Below, piece by piece: positions 63,961 through 64,000 of a stretch of DNA of 64,000 bases. This DNA comes from a virus (taxonomy: Duplodnaviria; Caudoviricetes), in IMG/VR virus record IMGVR_UViG_3300050142_000050, positions 185,639-249,638 of that record. One strand, 5' to 3'. Under the pieces are notes generated by a model, which searched no databases, was not told where the DNA came from, and saw only the letters and a list, made by a program, of their open reading frames with translations. Position 1 is the first letter of the stretch, and each line of letters starts with the position of its first letter. The position numbers and the translations under genes were made by a program.

Positions 63961-63986
63961 GGGTGAGGGGCAATTGCCCCTCACCC
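63961..63986 (+). terminator. perfect 26-bp palindrome
   Basis: GGGTGAGGGGCAATTGCCCCTCACCC then TTATTT. Confidence 0.65.
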
Positions 63987-64000
63987 GACTATCCTTATTT

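Noticed and set aside
1-64000. tRNA or rRNA genes
   Set aside because: No intergenic gap shows a cloverleaf with a TTCGA T-loop and acceptor stem; no rRNA-like sequence

Overview
This 64 kb window is best read as part of a phiKZ-like (Chimalliviridae-type) jumbo phage genome. The evidence is a PhuZ tubulin, TATTAC early-promoter motifs, a paralogous family of protease-processed head proteins, an NAD-dependent DNA ligase and a dNTP-supply set (nrdA, nrdB, thymidylate kinase, dNMP kinase-like). The NrdA type suggests an alphaproteobacterial host (inference). Nearly all genes are on the + strand. Positions ~5-39 kb hold short, mostly unknown accessory ORFs, and 43.5-60.5 kb holds virion genes, including 1698-aa and 2226-aa carbohydrate-active fibre/spike-like proteins. 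The main observations are: (1) 26 intergenic inverted repeats, eight of them perfect zero-spacer palindromes, and one element duplicated with compensatory stem changes; (2) candidate counter-defence modules, namely a BrnA-antitoxin-like peptide embedded in a mosaic protein, a DarG-like macrodomain-SLOG fusion overlapping an apparently catalytically dead NDP-kinase homologue, and a Tad2/DUF2829-like protein; (3) esterase folds split by large insertions in the fibre proteins; (4) a head-protein paralogue with an AT-rich C-terminal extension; and (5) a structured leader before phuZ. All family assignments come from motif recognition by eye, and no database search was run.
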